This document shows positions 21,140 to 33,821 of a DNA stretch of 53,331 nucleotides, piece after piece. The stretch is from Flavobacteriaceae bacterium (lineage in GTDB: Bacteria; Bacteroidota; Bacteroidia; Flavobacteriales; Flavobacteriaceae), in contig JAFMFL010000001.1 of assembly GCA_017856205.1 (NCBI GenBank), positions 1-53,331 on the forward strand, written 5' to 3'. The position numbers were made by a program, and so were the translations under genes. How positions within the stretch are numbered: position 1 is the first letter of the stretch; each line of letters opens with the position of its first letter. The notes beneath the pieces were generated by a model. The model saw nothing but the letters and a program-made list of their open reading frames with translations. It searched no databases and had not been told where the DNA came from.

Positions 21140-22381
21140 ATGCGAGCAGATATCATAACTATTGGCGATGAGATACTTATTGGGCAAATTGTGGACACTA
21201 ATGCTGCTTTTCTTGGCAAAGCGCTTAACAAAATTGGCGTTGAAGTATGCCAAATACGTTCTATCTCGGATAATAAAACGGCCATAATCGAGGCGTTTAC
21301 TGAAGCGCAAAACAACGTGGACTTGGTGGTCATGACAGGCGGTTTAGGACCTACCAAAGACGATATCACCAAACATACATTATGCGAATATTTTAATGAC
21401 ACTTTGAAGTTTTACCCCGAAGTGATGGCGCATATTGAAGAATTATTTCAAAAGTATGTGAAGGCACCTGTCAATGATTTAAACAGATTACAAGCCATGT
21501 TGCCCTCTAAATGTACGCAACTATTCAACCCCCATGGCACTGCCATGGGCATGTGGATGCAAAAGGAAAACACTGTTTTTGTATCGCTCCCCGGAGTGCC
21601 GTTTGAAATGAAGTACTTGGTTCTTGAACAGCTTATTCCACGCATAAAAGAAACCTTTCCGCTTCCTGCGTTGGCGCATAAAACCATGATGACTTACGGA
21701 TTGGGGGAAAGTATTATTGCTGAAAAAATTGCCGATTGGGAACAGTCACTTCCACAGCATATCAAATTGGCGTATTTGCCCAATTTAGGGCGTGTTCGCT
21801 TACGTTTGTCCGCTAAAGGAACGGATGAAATCAAATTGCTCAACGAAATAGATACTTTTTTTGATGCGCTTTACCCACTTATCGGTGATCATATTACGGG
21901 ATTTGAGTCTGAAGAATCCATAGAACTACAAATTGGCAATGCCCTAAAGACAAAACATTGGACGCTTGCTACCGCTGAAAGCTGCACAGGTGGCGCTTTG
22001 GCAGCCTTGTTTACCAAAAACGCAGGTGCTTCCGCTTATTTTAAGGGTTCGGTGGTAAGTTATGCTACGGATTTAAAACAATCTATTTTGGGTGTTTCAG
22101 CAGAAACTATTGCAAAGCATACTGTTGTAAGCGAGCCTGTTGCGCTAGCCATGGCGAGGGGAGTTTTGCTCATAACAGGTGCTCATGTTGCCGTAGCTAC
22201 TACAGGAAATTTTGGACCAACCATAGGCGATGCCGATGCCGAAATTGGAACCGTTTGTATTGCGATAATTACGCCAGAACAGGAATTTTCAGAAACCTTT
22301 TGTTTTGGCAAACACCGTGAGCGGAACCTCCAAAAAACATTGAATAAAGCATTGGAGATGTTGCTCAAGACACTTGATTAA
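21140..22381 (+). CDS. cinA: CinA family protein (molybdopterin-binding-like domain plus PncC NMN deamidase)
   Basis: IGDEILIGQIVDTN, TGGLGPTKDD, LPGVP, ATAESCTGG. Confidence 0.92.
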   Translation: MRADIITIGDEILIGQIVDTNAAFLGKALNKIGVEVCQIRSISDNKTAIIEAFTEAQNNVDLVVMTGGLGPTKDDITKHTLCEYFNDTLKFYPEVMAHIEELFQKYVKAPVNDLNRLQAMLPSKCTQLFNPHGTAMGMWMQKENTVFVSLPGVPFEMKYLVLEQLIPRIKETFPLPALAHKTMMTYGLGESIIAEKIADWEQSLPQHIKLAYLPNLGRVRLRLSAKGTDEIKLLNEIDTFFDALYPLIGDHITGFESEESIELQIGNALKTKHWTLATAESCTGGALAALFTKNAGASAYFKGSVVSYATDLKQSILGVSAETIAKHTVVSEPVALAMARGVLLITGAHVAVATTGNFGPTIGDADAEIGTVCIAIITPEQEFSETFCFGKHRERNLQKTLNKALEMLLKTLD

Positions 22382-22520
22382 GTTATTAGTAAAGAAGTTA
22401 ATAGTTAATAGTATTGACCCATTTCCGTTTTTACTAATAACCATTTAGTATTCTTTTCTAAGTTTTTCTGGGGAGCTTGATAGCAGGTTAAGATTTGATA
22501 CAATAAATTTACAAATATTC

Positions 22521-22550
22521 TTTGTAACTCCCTTAAAAAGATTAAATTTG
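22521..22550 (+). promoter_or_regulatory. Housekeeping promoter of the rpmB operon
   Basis: TTTG at 22521-22524, 18 nt, TAAATTTG at 22543-22550. Confidence 0.65.
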
Positions 22551-22571
22551 CAGCCTGTTAAAAAAGAAGTC

Positions 22572-22808
22572 ATGTCGAAAGTATGTGAATTAACGGGCAA
22601 AAAAGCGATGGTTGGAAACAACGTATCGCATGCCATGAACAAAACAAAGCGCAAGTTTGGCGCAAACCTTATCAAGAAGCGTTTCTATCTTGTAGAGGAA
22701 GACAAATGGATTACCCTAAAACTATCGACTTCGGCGTTAAAAACGATTAACAAAAAAGGGCTTTCAGCGGTGATTAAAGAAGCACGCGCTCAAGGTCTAA
22801 TTAAATAA
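22572..22808 (+). CDS. rpmB: 50S ribosomal protein L28
   Basis: [10 protein letters not shown]...[18 protein letters not shown] at 22572. Confidence 0.97.
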   Translation: MSKVCELTGKKAMVGNNVSHAMNKTKRKFGANLIKKRFYLVEEDKWITLKLSTSALKTINKKGLSAVIKEARAQGLIK

Positions 22809-22816
22809 GGCACGTC

Positions 22817-22999
22817 ATGGCTAAAAAAGGAAATCGCGTTCAGGTTATTTTGGAATGCACCGAGCATAAAGACTCTGGTCTTGCAGGTACGTCGCGCTAT
22901 ATCACGACGAAAAACAAAAAGAATACGCCAGATCGTATTGAAATTAAAAAATTTAACCCGATTCTTAAGCGAATGACGGTTCACAAAGAAATTAAGTAA
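22817..22999 (+). CDS. rpmG: 50S ribosomal protein L33
   Basis: [21 protein letters not shown]...HKEIK. Confidence 0.97.
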   Translation: MAKKGNRVQVILECTEHKDSGLAGTSRYITTKNKKNTPDRIEIKKFNPILKRMTVHKEIK

Positions 23000-23001
23000 T
23001 T

Positions 23002-23154
23002 ATGGCAAAGAAAACCGTAGCAACCTTACAAACGAAATCAAAGCGTCTTACCAAAGCCATCAAGATGGTGCGTAGCGACAAGTCGGGCGCATATACTTTT
23101 GTGGAAACCATTTTAGAACCAGAATTGGTGAACGATTGGTTAGCGAAAAAGTAA
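23002..23154 (+). CDS. DUF4295 protein (Bacteroidota ribosomal protein bL38), 50 aa, absent from the ORF track
   Basis: Translates as MAKKTVATLQTKSKRLTKAIKMVRSDKSGAYTFVETILEPELVNDWLAKK; canonical position rpmB-rpmG-X-ftsY. Confidence 0.88.
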   Translation: MAKKTVATLQTKSKRLTKAIKMVRSDKSGAYTFVETILEPELVNDWLAKK

Positions 23155-23176
23155 TTTAATCCATATTAAATGACAT

Positions 23177-23202
23177 AAAAGCCACTTTTTGTGGCTTTTT
23201 TT
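23177..23202 (+). terminator. Intrinsic terminator of the rpmB-rpmG-bL38 operon
   Basis: AAAAGCCAC-TTTTT-GTGGCTTTTTTT. Confidence 0.85.
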
Positions 23203-23226
23203 ATATCCAAAACGTACCTTTATCAC

Positions 23227-24156
23227 ATGGGATTCTTTAGCAAATCTTCGGACCAACTACAGACAGGGTTAGCTGCCACAAAGCGCGCTTGGACGCAACG
23301 CTTAAAAAAGGCGGTGCTGGGGCGCAGTAGCGTTGACGCAGACCTTTTGGAGGAATTAGAAGAGGTGCTGTTGATGTCGGATGTAGGCGTATCTACCACC
23401 CAAAAAATCATGGATCAACTTGAGAAACGTGTTTCTAAAGAAAAATACCTCAATGTATCCGAATTAGACAAGCTCTTGTACGATGAGATGGTAACGCTAT
23501 TAACAGCATCTCAATCTTCACAAAATATCAGTACTGACGAACTTCAAGTCATATTGGTAGTAGGAGTAAATGGCGCAGGAAAAACGACCTCCATTGGCAA
23601 ACTGGCGCATAGATATAAAAGTGAAGGAAAAAGCGTCATGTTGGCTGCTGCTGACACTTTTAGAGCAGGTGCCGTAGCGCAATTGCGCTTGTGGTCTGAA
23701 CGTGTAGATGTGCCACTTGTAGAGCTCCAAGAAGGAAGTGACCCTGCATCGGTAGCCTATACTGCGGTAGAGCGGGCTAAAAAAGAACAAATGAATGTGC
23801 TACTAATAGACACCGCAGGGCGTTTACATAACAACACCAATCTTATGCAGGAATTAGCTAAAATTCAACGTGTTGTGCAAAAAATAATCCCCGAGGCACC
23901 TCATGAAGTACTACTTGTTTTAGATGGAGGAACAGGACAAAACGCCTTTGCTCAGGCAAAGCAATTTGCTGAAGCAACTGCTGTATCAGGACTTATTTTG
24001 ACCAAACTTGACGGCACTGCCAAAGGGGGAGTGGTCATTGGAATTTCAGACGAGTTAGAAGTTCCCATACAATATATTGGCGTAGGTGAAGGTGTTGAGG
24101 ATTTATTGACTTTTGATGCAAAAGAATTCTTAGATTCCTTGTTCGAAAAAGATTAA
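23227..24156 (+). CDS. ftsY: Signal recognition particle receptor FtsY (short NG-only form)
   Basis: GVNGAGKTT, DTFRAGA, DTAGR, TKLDGTAKGG. Start set at MGFFSK. Confidence 0.95.
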   Translation: MGFFSKSSDQLQTGLAATKRAWTQRLKKAVLGRSSVDADLLEELEEVLLMSDVGVSTTQKIMDQLEKRVSKEKYLNVSELDKLLYDEMVTLLTASQSSQNISTDELQVILVVGVNGAGKTTSIGKLAHRYKSEGKSVMLAAADTFRAGAVAQLRLWSERVDVPLVELQEGSDPASVAYTAVERAKKEQMNVLLIDTAGRLHNNTNLMQELAKIQRVVQKIIPEAPHEVLLVLDGGTGQNAFAQAKQFAEATAVSGLILTKLDGTAKGGVVIGISDELEVPIQYIGVGEGVEDLLTFDAKEFLDSLFEKD

Positions 24157-24158
24157 TT

Positions 24159-25802
24159 ATGACAAGATTAGCATTATTACTTTCATTGTTTATGTTGGCA
24201 TCATGCTCACAGCCCTCTAAGCTGTATTGGCAGCCCTATGATGAAACTGAGGAAATCAATCAAAACGCAGACCACGAAAATCCTAGAATGCGCTATAAGT
24301 TGGTTCAGTCTAAATTTTTAGATAAAAACGCTCTTTGGTCTCCTTTCGAGAAAGAACTGGATAGGTTTGGAGAACAAAAATACGAAGCGTTAAAACCCTT
24401 TATTCTTGAACAAGATATACCCACTATTCAAAGCCATGTCTCTGTGGGGAATTTATCTTATGAAGAATTGGTTACTTTTTATTTGTACAGGATTCGTCTT
24501 TTTGAATCTAACCCTGAAACGACGCTTCATGCTATTCTCGCCTTAAACCCTGATGTTATTAAGGAGGCAAGAATTAAAGATAAAGAAAGGGATAGTGCAA
24601 CACACCCCATTTATGGTATGCCCATACTTTTGAAAGACAATATTAATACCTCCAATATGCCTACTACGGCGGGTGCTGCAATTTTGGAAAACCATACCCC
24701 TGAAAAAGACGCTTTTGTGGTAGGTCAACTCAAGAAAAAAGGGGCGCTGATTCTTGGAAAAGTAAACTTAAGCGAATGGGCGTATTATTTTTGCGAAGGC
24801 TGTCCGTTGGGTTATAGTGCTATTGGCGGGCAAACGCTAAATCCTTATGGAAGAAAAATTTTTGAGACAGGTGGTTCAAGTTCAGGCAGTGGGGTAGCAG
24901 TTGCTGCAAATTATGCCGTAGCCGCCTTGGGATCTGAAACTTCGGGTTCAATATTATCTCCATCGAGTAAAAATGCTGTGGTTGGGGTTAAGCCAACCAT
25001 TGGGTTGGTTAGCCGAACAGGAATTGTTCCTATTTCTAGTACCTTAGATACCTCCGGTCCTATGACAAAAAACGTAACGGATAACGCGATATTATTAGAC
25101 GCTATAGAAGGACCAGATGAAAAAGATTCCATTACGCTTTCAGTTTCAAGGGGAGATGCATTTATGGGAGCCACAACACTAACAGCATTAAAAGGTATTC
25201 GATTGGGCGCATTTGAGTCTTTAGTCAATTCAGATTCGTTGTATACCAATGCTATTGCTGACCTTGAAAAAGCAGGTGCTGTAATTGTTAAAATAAATGC
25301 AGAGAGCGTTAGTCTTTCAGGTTTTATAAAAATTCTAGATGGGGACATGAAACGTGATATACCAGCGTATTTTACATCCAATTCGAATACTAAGTATGCA
25401 AATTTGGACGTAGAGCAAATCATTGATTTTAATTCATCGGACAGCCTTTTGTATATGCCCTACAGTCAAGAAAGATTAGATGGAGTACAATCTGATACTC
25501 AGTCCATAGAGGCTTTAAATCAAGTTAAAAACCGCTTAAATAAAAGCGCCTCTAACTTTTTTGAAGCGCCTATTAAAGCACATAAATTAGATGCAGTTTT
25601 ATCTATAAATAACAACCATGCATCATATGCTGCTATTGCTTTCTATCCCTGCCTAGCGGTTCCGATGGGATATTATAAAGATGGGAAGCCTGCAAGCCTA
25701 ACATTAATTGCTCCCAGCTTTAGCGAAGCAAAATTATTGTCTATGGCTGCGGCTTATGAGCAAATTACCAAACATCGTAAACCTCCAAAAGGGTACAATT
25801 AA
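24159..25802 (+). CDS. Amidase signature family lipoprotein
   Basis: Lipobox MLASC; KDNI, GGSSSGS and GSETSGSI (Ser-cisSer-Lys triad motifs). Confidence 0.9.
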   Translation: MTRLALLLSLFMLASCSQPSKLYWQPYDETEEINQNADHENPRMRYKLVQSKFLDKNALWSPFEKELDRFGEQKYEALKPFILEQDIPTIQSHVSVGNLSYEELVTFYLYRIRLFESNPETTLHAILALNPDVIKEARIKDKERDSATHPIYGMPILLKDNINTSNMPTTAGAAILENHTPEKDAFVVGQLKKKGALILGKVNLSEWAYYFCEGCPLGYSAIGGQTLNPYGRKIFETGGSSSGSGVAVAANYAVAALGSETSGSILSPSSKNAVVGVKPTIGLVSRTGIVPISSTLDTSGPMTKNVTDNAILLDAIEGPDEKDSITLSVSRGDAFMGATTLTALKGIRLGAFESLVNSDSLYTNAIADLEKAGAVIVKINAESVSLSGFIKILDGDMKRDIPAYFTSNSNTKYANLDVEQIIDFNSSDSLLYMPYSQERLDGVQSDTQSIEALNQVKNRLNKSASNFFEAPIKAHKLDAVLSINNNHASYAAIAFYPCLAVPMGYYKDGKPASLTLIAPSFSEAKLLSMAAAYEQITKHRKPPKGYN

Positions 25803-25804
25803 CT

Positions 25805-27121
25805 ATGCGAACTAAATCAGCAAAAAAGAATAAAATCAACGTGGTTACACTTGGATGTTCCAAAAACATCTACGATTCAGAGGTGCTGATGGGGCAGTTG
25901 AAAGCCAGTGACAAAGAGGTGGTTCATGAACAGCTAGGCAATATCGTCGTGGTGAATACCTGTGGTTTTATTGATAATGCCAAGGAGGAATCGGTAAATA
26001 CGATACTGAATTTTGCAGAACAAAAAGAACAGGGACTCATCGATAAATTATTTGTAACCGGTTGTTTAAGTGAGCGCTATAAACCCGAGTTAGAAGCCGA
26101 AATCCCAAATGTGGACGAATATTTTGGCACAACAGATTTACCGCTCTTACTCAAAGCGTTAGGCGCAGACTACCGTCATGAGCTACTTGGCGAACGCCTT
26201 ACGACTACACCCAAAAACTATGCATATCTAAAAATTTCTGAAGGTTGCGACCGACCGTGTTCGTTTTGCGCTATTCCGCTTATGCGCGGGGCACATCGCT
26301 CAAAACCCATCGAGGACTTGGTTGAGGAAGCCAACGGGCTTGCCAAAAACGGCGTAAAAGAACTGATTATCATTGCACAAGACTCTACCTATTACGGTTT
26401 GGACTTGTACAAAAAACGGCGATTGGCAGATTTGCTCAAAGCCTTGGCACAGGTGGAGGGTATTGTTTGGATACGCTTGCACTACGCCTTTCCAACCGGC
26501 TTTCCAGAAGATGTATTGGAAGTGATAGCTAGTGAGCCAAAAGTATGTTCTTATATTGATATTCCTCTACAACATATTTCAGATCCTATTTTACGCTCTA
26601 TGCGGCGTGGAACTACGCAAGAAAAAACCACGACCTTGCTCAAAAAATTTAGAAATGCTGTTCCAGAAATGGCAATTCGAACATCCCTTATTTTGGGATA
26701 TCCCGGTGAGACTGAAGAGGACTTCGAATTGCTAAAATCTTGGGTAAAAGAAATGCGTTTTGAGCGATTAGGGTGCTTTCAGTACAGCCACGAGGAAAAT
26801 ACACACGCTCATTCGCTAGAAGACAATGTTCCTGCCGAAGTAAAACAGGCTAGAGTAAATGAACTTATGGAACTTCAAGCCCAAATTTCTTGGGAAAAAA
26901 ATCAAGCATTGATAGGAAAAACGTTAAAATGCGTTATCGATAGAAAAGAAGGGAACTTTTTTGTTGGACGCACCGAATTTGATTCCCCAGATGTGGATAA
27001 CGAAGTTTGGGTAGATGCACAACAGCACTACCTTAAGGTTGGCGATTTTGCCAACTTGACGATAACTTCTGCTCAGGATTTTGATTTACAGGCTGTCCCT
27101 GCCAACGTAGGATTGACCTAA
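25805..27121 (+). CDS. rimO: Ribosomal protein S12 methylthiotransferase RimO
   Basis: LGCSKN, NTCGFI, radical SAM CDRPCSFC, IRLHYAFP, C-terminal TRAM domain (DSPDVD). Confidence 0.95.
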   Translation: MRTKSAKKNKINVVTLGCSKNIYDSEVLMGQLKASDKEVVHEQLGNIVVVNTCGFIDNAKEESVNTILNFAEQKEQGLIDKLFVTGCLSERYKPELEAEIPNVDEYFGTTDLPLLLKALGADYRHELLGERLTTTPKNYAYLKISEGCDRPCSFCAIPLMRGAHRSKPIEDLVEEANGLAKNGVKELIIIAQDSTYYGLDLYKKRRLADLLKALAQVEGIVWIRLHYAFPTGFPEDVLEVIASEPKVCSYIDIPLQHISDPILRSMRRGTTQEKTTTLLKKFRNAVPEMAIRTSLILGYPGETEEDFELLKSWVKEMRFERLGCFQYSHEENTHAHSLEDNVPAEVKQARVNELMELQAQISWEKNQALIGKTLKCVIDRKEGNFFVGRTEFDSPDVDNEVWVDAQQHYLKVGDFANLTITSAQDFDLQAVPANVGLT

Positions 27122-27157
27122 AATGCGTCAATTTCATACTTTAACTACTTTTGTCTT

Positions 27158-28762
27158 GTGAAGTCAATAACATCTTCAGGGTATCCGTCGGGCGTGTATT
27201 CACCCTTAATGCAACGTTTGTTGCAATCAGATGAGGCATTGCTGCCTTTTCACAACGGACTGGTATCAACTTCGGAAGTCCAACAAATAGCGCAAAACAG
27301 AGTTGTTTCTTTTCCTAAAGAAAACCGAAAAATATTGGTTGATACTATACAAAACCAATATAAGCATCTTACACAAAAAGAGAAAGTTACAATTAACGTA
27401 AACCTTTTGAAAAAGCCCAATACGGTTACGATAACCACAGGGCATCAATTGAATATCTTCACCGGACCTTTGTTTTTTTGGTATAAGATTTTGGATGTTA
27501 TAAATACCGCTGAAAGGTTGCAACGGACAGACAGTTTACATCATTATGTTCCAGTTTTTTGGATGGCGTCTGAAGATCATGATTTTGAGGAAATCAATCA
27601 CTTTTTTTTGGGTGAGCAAAAAGTACGCTGGGATACCAAATCAGGTGGTCCTGTGGGACGAATGCGCACCGAAAATTTACATGAATTATATAGTCAATTG
27701 GAGCCGTATTGGAGCAAAAATCGGCATGGAAAAGAGCTGTTAAAATTATTTGCCGATTGTTATTTACAAGAAGATAATTTGGCCAATGCCACTCGAAAGC
27801 TGATGCACCAGCTTTTTGGAAAATATGGATTGATTGTTGTTGACGGAGATGATCATGCACTAAAATCACTTTTTTCGTCCATTATATCTAAAGAATTAAG
27901 AGCGCAAACAATACATAAATCGGTTGTGAAAACCGATACAGCCTTGTCAAAAGCAATACCTAACTACAAGCCACAGGTAAACCCCAGAGAAATCAATTTA
28001 TTCTATCTCCTTGATGATAAACGAACACGCATCGTAAAAAAGGGTAAAAACTACACGGCAGCAGAGGGGGAATACAATTGGGATTTATCTGCTTTAGAAG
28101 CTGAAATACACAACCATCCCGAGCGTTTTTCGCCCAATGCGCTAATGCGTCCGTTGTATCAAGAATGTGTTTTGCCAAACATAGCTTATGTTGGTGGAGG
28201 AGGCGAATTGGCGTATTGGCTACAGTTAAAAGCTGCTTTTGAGGTTTTTAATGTGCCGTATCCGCTTTTGCAACACCGATCTAGTTTGCTGTTGATGTCC
28301 GAAAAGCAAGTGAGAAAATGCACGAAACTTGAACTTTCATTACAAGATTTGTTTTTGCCAAAAGCGTCATTTATCAACAAGCGAGTGCGCCAAATTAGTG
28401 ATATCGATATTGATTTTTCTACACAACGAAATGAGTTGCTGCGCCAATTTGAAGATTTAAAAGCACTGGCCAAACAAACCGACGCTTCTTTTTTAGGTGC
28501 TGTTAATGCGCAAGAAAAAAAGCAACTCAAAGGATTAGACAAACTGGAAAAACGCTTGCTTAAGGCGCAGCGTATCAAACTTCAAGATGAAATCATCCGA
28601 GTTACTGATATCCGAAATGCACTGTTCCCTAACGATAAATTGCAAGAACGTATAGCGCATTTTTCTTCTTTTTTGACAGATAAAACCGTTGAGAAGTTTA
28701 CGGATGACTTAAAAAATGTGCTTGAGACAACTGCTAACGGGTTGCATGTTGTGCAGTATTAA
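27158..28762 (+). CDS. bshC: Bacillithiol biosynthesis cysteine-adding enzyme BshC
   Basis: TTGHQLNIFTGPL, PVFWMASEDHDFEEINH, FSPNALMRPLYQE, YVGGGGELAYW, LQER. GTG start. Confidence 0.93.
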   Translation: MKSITSSGYPSGVYSPLMQRLLQSDEALLPFHNGLVSTSEVQQIAQNRVVSFPKENRKILVDTIQNQYKHLTQKEKVTINVNLLKKPNTVTITTGHQLNIFTGPLFFWYKILDVINTAERLQRTDSLHHYVPVFWMASEDHDFEEINHFFLGEQKVRWDTKSGGPVGRMRTENLHELYSQLEPYWSKNRHGKELLKLFADCYLQEDNLANATRKLMHQLFGKYGLIVVDGDDHALKSLFSSIISKELRAQTIHKSVVKTDTALSKAIPNYKPQVNPREINLFYLLDDKRTRIVKKGKNYTAAEGEYNWDLSALEAEIHNHPERFSPNALMRPLYQECVLPNIAYVGGGGELAYWLQLKAAFEVFNVPYPLLQHRSSLLLMSEKQVRKCTKLELSLQDLFLPKASFINKRVRQISDIDIDFSTQRNELLRQFEDLKALAKQTDASFLGAVNAQEKKQLKGLDKLEKRLLKAQRIKLQDEIIRVTDIRNALFPNDKLQERIAHFSSFLTDKTVEKFTDDLKNVLETTANGLHVVQY

Positions 28763-28887
28763 ACCTGTTATTTCACAGCATTTTTAATGTTTATAAATGG
28801 ATTCTCGCTAAAATTTTTAACATATTTACTGTTAAAAACTAATGCTAAAGCAATAATCACCAATAAAGTTTAATTGTATTTTTGCAT

Positions 28888-30414
28888 ATGCATAACAAAG
28901 TACTTATTCTTGATTTTGGTTCGCAATACACACAACTCATTGCGCGCCGTGTTCGAGAGCTCTCCATTTTTTGTGAAATACACCCTTTTCACAATATTCC
29001 AGATGATGTTTCAACCTTTAAGGCAGTTATCCTTTCTGGGTCTCCGTTTTCGGTACGCTCCGACGATGCCCCTCACCCAGATTTAAGTGCCATTCGGAAC
29101 AAAGTGCCCTTGCTTGGGGTTTGCTATGGCGCACAGTATTTAGCGCATTTTAATGGGGGTGAAGTTGCCCCTTCCAATACAAGAGAATATGGACGCGCAC
29201 GTTTGGCAAAAGTCGAAAAGCATCCGTTTTTAAAAGATATTCCACTGCAATCGCAAGTGTGGATGAGTCATAGCGACACCATTAAAAAATTGCCAGAAAA
29301 TGCAACACAATTGGCATCAACTAAAGACGTTGCCAATGCTGCTTTTGTGATGGATGATAGCATGACGTATGGTATTCAGTTTCACCCGGAAGTATATCAT
29401 TCCACTGATGGGAAACAGTTGCTACAAAACTTTTTAGTAGATATCGCAGGAATTACCCCAGATTGGACATCGGATGCATTTGTTGAAACCACCGTTGCAC
29501 GACTTAAAGCGCAGTTGGGCAACGACAAAGTGATTTTAGGACTTAGCGGCGGTGTTGATTCTTCTGTGGCAGCCATTTTATTGCATAAAGCTATTGGCCC
29601 AAACTTGCACTGCATTTTTGTAAATAATGGACTGTTGCGCAAAAATGAATTTTCCGATGTACTTGCGCAATACGAGCACATGGGACTTAATGTAAAGGGC
29701 GTAGATGCTACCGACCAATTTTTGAGTGAATTGGCGGGGGTAAGTGATCCCGAAACAAAGCGCAAAATTATTGGTCGGGTTTTTGTAGAAGTGTTTGATG
29801 AGGAAGCACACAAAGTAGAAGGTGCCAAATGGCTTGCACAAGGAACCATTTACCCCGATGTAATTGAATCGGTTTCGGTGAATGGTCCTTCGGCAACGAT
29901 TAAGTCACATCATAATGTGGGTGGACTTCCCGATTTTATGAAATTAAAAGTGGTAGAACCTCTTAATATGCTGTTCAAAGATGAGGTGCGCAGGGTAGGC
30001 GCAAGCCTAAACATGTCTGCTGGGATTTTAGGCCGTCATCCCTTCCCAGGACCAGGTCTTGCTATTCGTATTTTGGGCGATATCACAAAAGAAAAAGTGA
30101 CAATGCTTCAAGAGACGGATGCCATTTTTATACAAGGATTACGCGATCATGGCCTGTATGACGATGTGTGGCAAGCTGGCGTAATGCTATTGCCGGTGCA
30201 ATCGGTTGGGGTTATGGGCGATGAACGCACTTATGAGAAGTGTGTTGCGCTTCGTGCAGTAACATCAACAGACGGAATGACGGCAGATTGGGTACATTTG
30301 CCTTATGAGTTTTTACAAGAAATTTCAAACCAAATCATTAATCGTGTTCCAGGAATTAACCGTGTGGTCTATGACATCAGTTCTAAACCTCCCGCAACTA
30401 TTGAGTGGGAGTAA
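28888..30414 (+). CDS. guaA: GMP synthase (glutamine-hydrolysing)
   Basis: [41 protein letters not shown]. Confidence 0.98.
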   Translation: MHNKVLILDFGSQYTQLIARRVRELSIFCEIHPFHNIPDDVSTFKAVILSGSPFSVRSDDAPHPDLSAIRNKVPLLGVCYGAQYLAHFNGGEVAPSNTREYGRARLAKVEKHPFLKDIPLQSQVWMSHSDTIKKLPENATQLASTKDVANAAFVMDDSMTYGIQFHPEVYHSTDGKQLLQNFLVDIAGITPDWTSDAFVETTVARLKAQLGNDKVILGLSGGVDSSVAAILLHKAIGPNLHCIFVNNGLLRKNEFSDVLAQYEHMGLNVKGVDATDQFLSELAGVSDPETKRKIIGRVFVEVFDEEAHKVEGAKWLAQGTIYPDVIESVSVNGPSATIKSHHNVGGLPDFMKLKVVEPLNMLFKDEVRRVGASLNMSAGILGRHPFPGPGLAIRILGDITKEKVTMLQETDAIFIQGLRDHGLYDDVWQAGVMLLPVQSVGVMGDERTYEKCVALRAVTSTDGMTADWVHLPYEFLQEISNQIINRVPGINRVVYDISSKPPATIEWE

Positions 30415-32161
30415 ACGTTTTATTGTTTTTGTGTTTGCACTCTTTTGTTTTGTTGGCGTAGCTCAGCAGGCAGAGGTATCGCATTTTATTGTACACAAAG
30501 TAAAAAAGAAAGAAACCCTTGAGGCAATCGCAAATAGGTACGATGTTACTACCGAACAAATTATTGCACACAATCCATTTGCTAAAAAAGTTATTCGCAA
30601 GCGTGATAAACTTCAAATTCCACGTTATAAAAAAGTAGTTCAAATTAAGACTGAACCCAAATTGGGACAACACGTTGTGAGGCCCAAAGAAACGCTTTGG
30701 CGCGTTGCTTATACCTATGGCATTTCGATTGATTCGCTTCGCGTGTTAAATCCGCAATTGGGCGATACACTTTCTATTGGTGCTGTGCTGTATGTCCCTC
30801 ATAAAACTGCCGAAGAAAAAGCGGCTCAATTTAGCTATTACACCGTGCAGCCCAGAGAAGGCTATTATCGATTAGAGCAAAAATTAGGACTTAATCGTGA
30901 GACCTTAGAGGAGTTAAACCCCGAACTTCTCAATGTGAACTTGCAAGCAGGTATGGTGCTTAAAATTCCTAAAATACAAGCGGATACATTGGTGCAACAA
31001 AAGCTACAATTTGGGGCAAAACCAAGTTTTTGGGACAGTACTTTTGTAACTCCTGTGGTGCGCATTGCACTTATGGCGCCATTTCGTCTATCACGTATTG
31101 AATTGGATTCTCTAATTCAAATCAAGAAAACTCTATCGGAACGTAATCTTACTACGGTTGCGCTAGATTTTTATGCGGGTATGCTTCACGCTGCAGACAG
31201 CCTTAACAAAGCGGGGCTGAGTGTTGAGCTTACGGTTTTTGATACTGAAAATCAACGCTACATTGTTGAGCAAATTCTCAATCAAAATAATTTCTCTCAA
31301 TTTGATGCGGTAATTGGACCTTTTACTCCAGAAAATGTGAGTCGTGTGGCACAAGCTATGGTTTTTTTTAATGTCCCCGTTGTATCGCCTCTGACAACAC
31401 GCGATATTAAACCTTCCCAAGCTACGTTTAATACGATACCAAGTAGGAGAGCTTTAAATAAACAGCTATCATCTTACATTGATTCCTTGTATGCAAATAC
31501 CGATAATCCATGTATTTTGATTATTTCAGATGATAAGAATAGAAAAACAGAGTTTAAACTAAAAGAGCAGTTTCCGTTAGCAGAAATTATTCGACCAGAT
31601 GCGGATTTTGGTTATGTAAAGCCCGATGTTGTGGATTCCCTCCTCACACCCACCCGACCAAATTGGGTGTTTTTAGAAACCGAAGATTTAAATCTTGTTA
31701 CAGGGATGACCTCTATGCTTAATGCCCAACAAAGAGACGATAGGCAAGTGCAACTCTTTACACATTACCGTTCTGCAACTTATGACGACCCCAATGTTTC
31801 TCAAGCACATTTGGGAAATTTACGTTTTACGTATCCAAACTATTTTCATGAAAAACGAGATAGCGTTCGCATAAAATTTGATGAAAACTACAAAGAAAGG
31901 TTTGGAAAAATCCCTAATCGTACTGCTGTTAAAGGTTTTGATGTAATGATTGATGTGGCATTGCGTATAGCCATAAAACGCACCCTTCCAGAAGGTGTTT
32001 CTTTAGGTTTAGGCGAACAACTTCAACATCGATTTGAATATAAATTCACGCCAACTGGCGGTTATGAAAATAATGCCACATACACCATTCAGCATCAGGG
32101 TTTTGAAATGATAGAAGTAAAGCCCGCTAACATCGTTTTAGATTCGTTAGAGGTTAGGTAG
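30401..32161 (+). CDS. Secreted multi-LysM protein with a C-terminal PBP1/ABC-substrate-binding-like domain
   Basis: Signal peptide after TTG 30401 (start uncertain). Three LysM repeats ([27 protein letters not shown]); then DFYAG, VFDT, AVIGP, PVVSP. Confidence 0.82.
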   Translation: MSGSKRFIVFVFALFCFVGVAQQAEVSHFIVHKVKKKETLEAIANRYDVTTEQIIAHNPFAKKVIRKRDKLQIPRYKKVVQIKTEPKLGQHVVRPKETLWRVAYTYGISIDSLRVLNPQLGDTLSIGAVLYVPHKTAEEKAAQFSYYTVQPREGYYRLEQKLGLNRETLEELNPELLNVNLQAGMVLKIPKIQADTLVQQKLQFGAKPSFWDSTFVTPVVRIALMAPFRLSRIELDSLIQIKKTLSERNLTTVALDFYAGMLHAADSLNKAGLSVELTVFDTENQRYIVEQILNQNNFSQFDAVIGPFTPENVSRVAQAMVFFNVPVVSPLTTRDIKPSQATFNTIPSRRALNKQLSSYIDSLYANTDNPCILIISDDKNRKTEFKLKEQFPLAEIIRPDADFGYVKPDVVDSLLTPTRPNWVFLETEDLNLVTGMTSMLNAQQRDDRQVQLFTHYRSATYDDPNVSQAHLGNLRFTYPNYFHEKRDSVRIKFDENYKERFGKIPNRTAVKGFDVMIDVALRIAIKRTLPEGVSLGLGEQLQHRFEYKFTPTGGYENNATYTIQHQGFEMIEVKPANIVLDSLEVR

Positions 32162-32186
32162 TTTATTTGTATTTTTGCACCTTTAA

Positions 32187-33818
<1,632 letters not shown>

Positions 33819-33821
33819 CGA

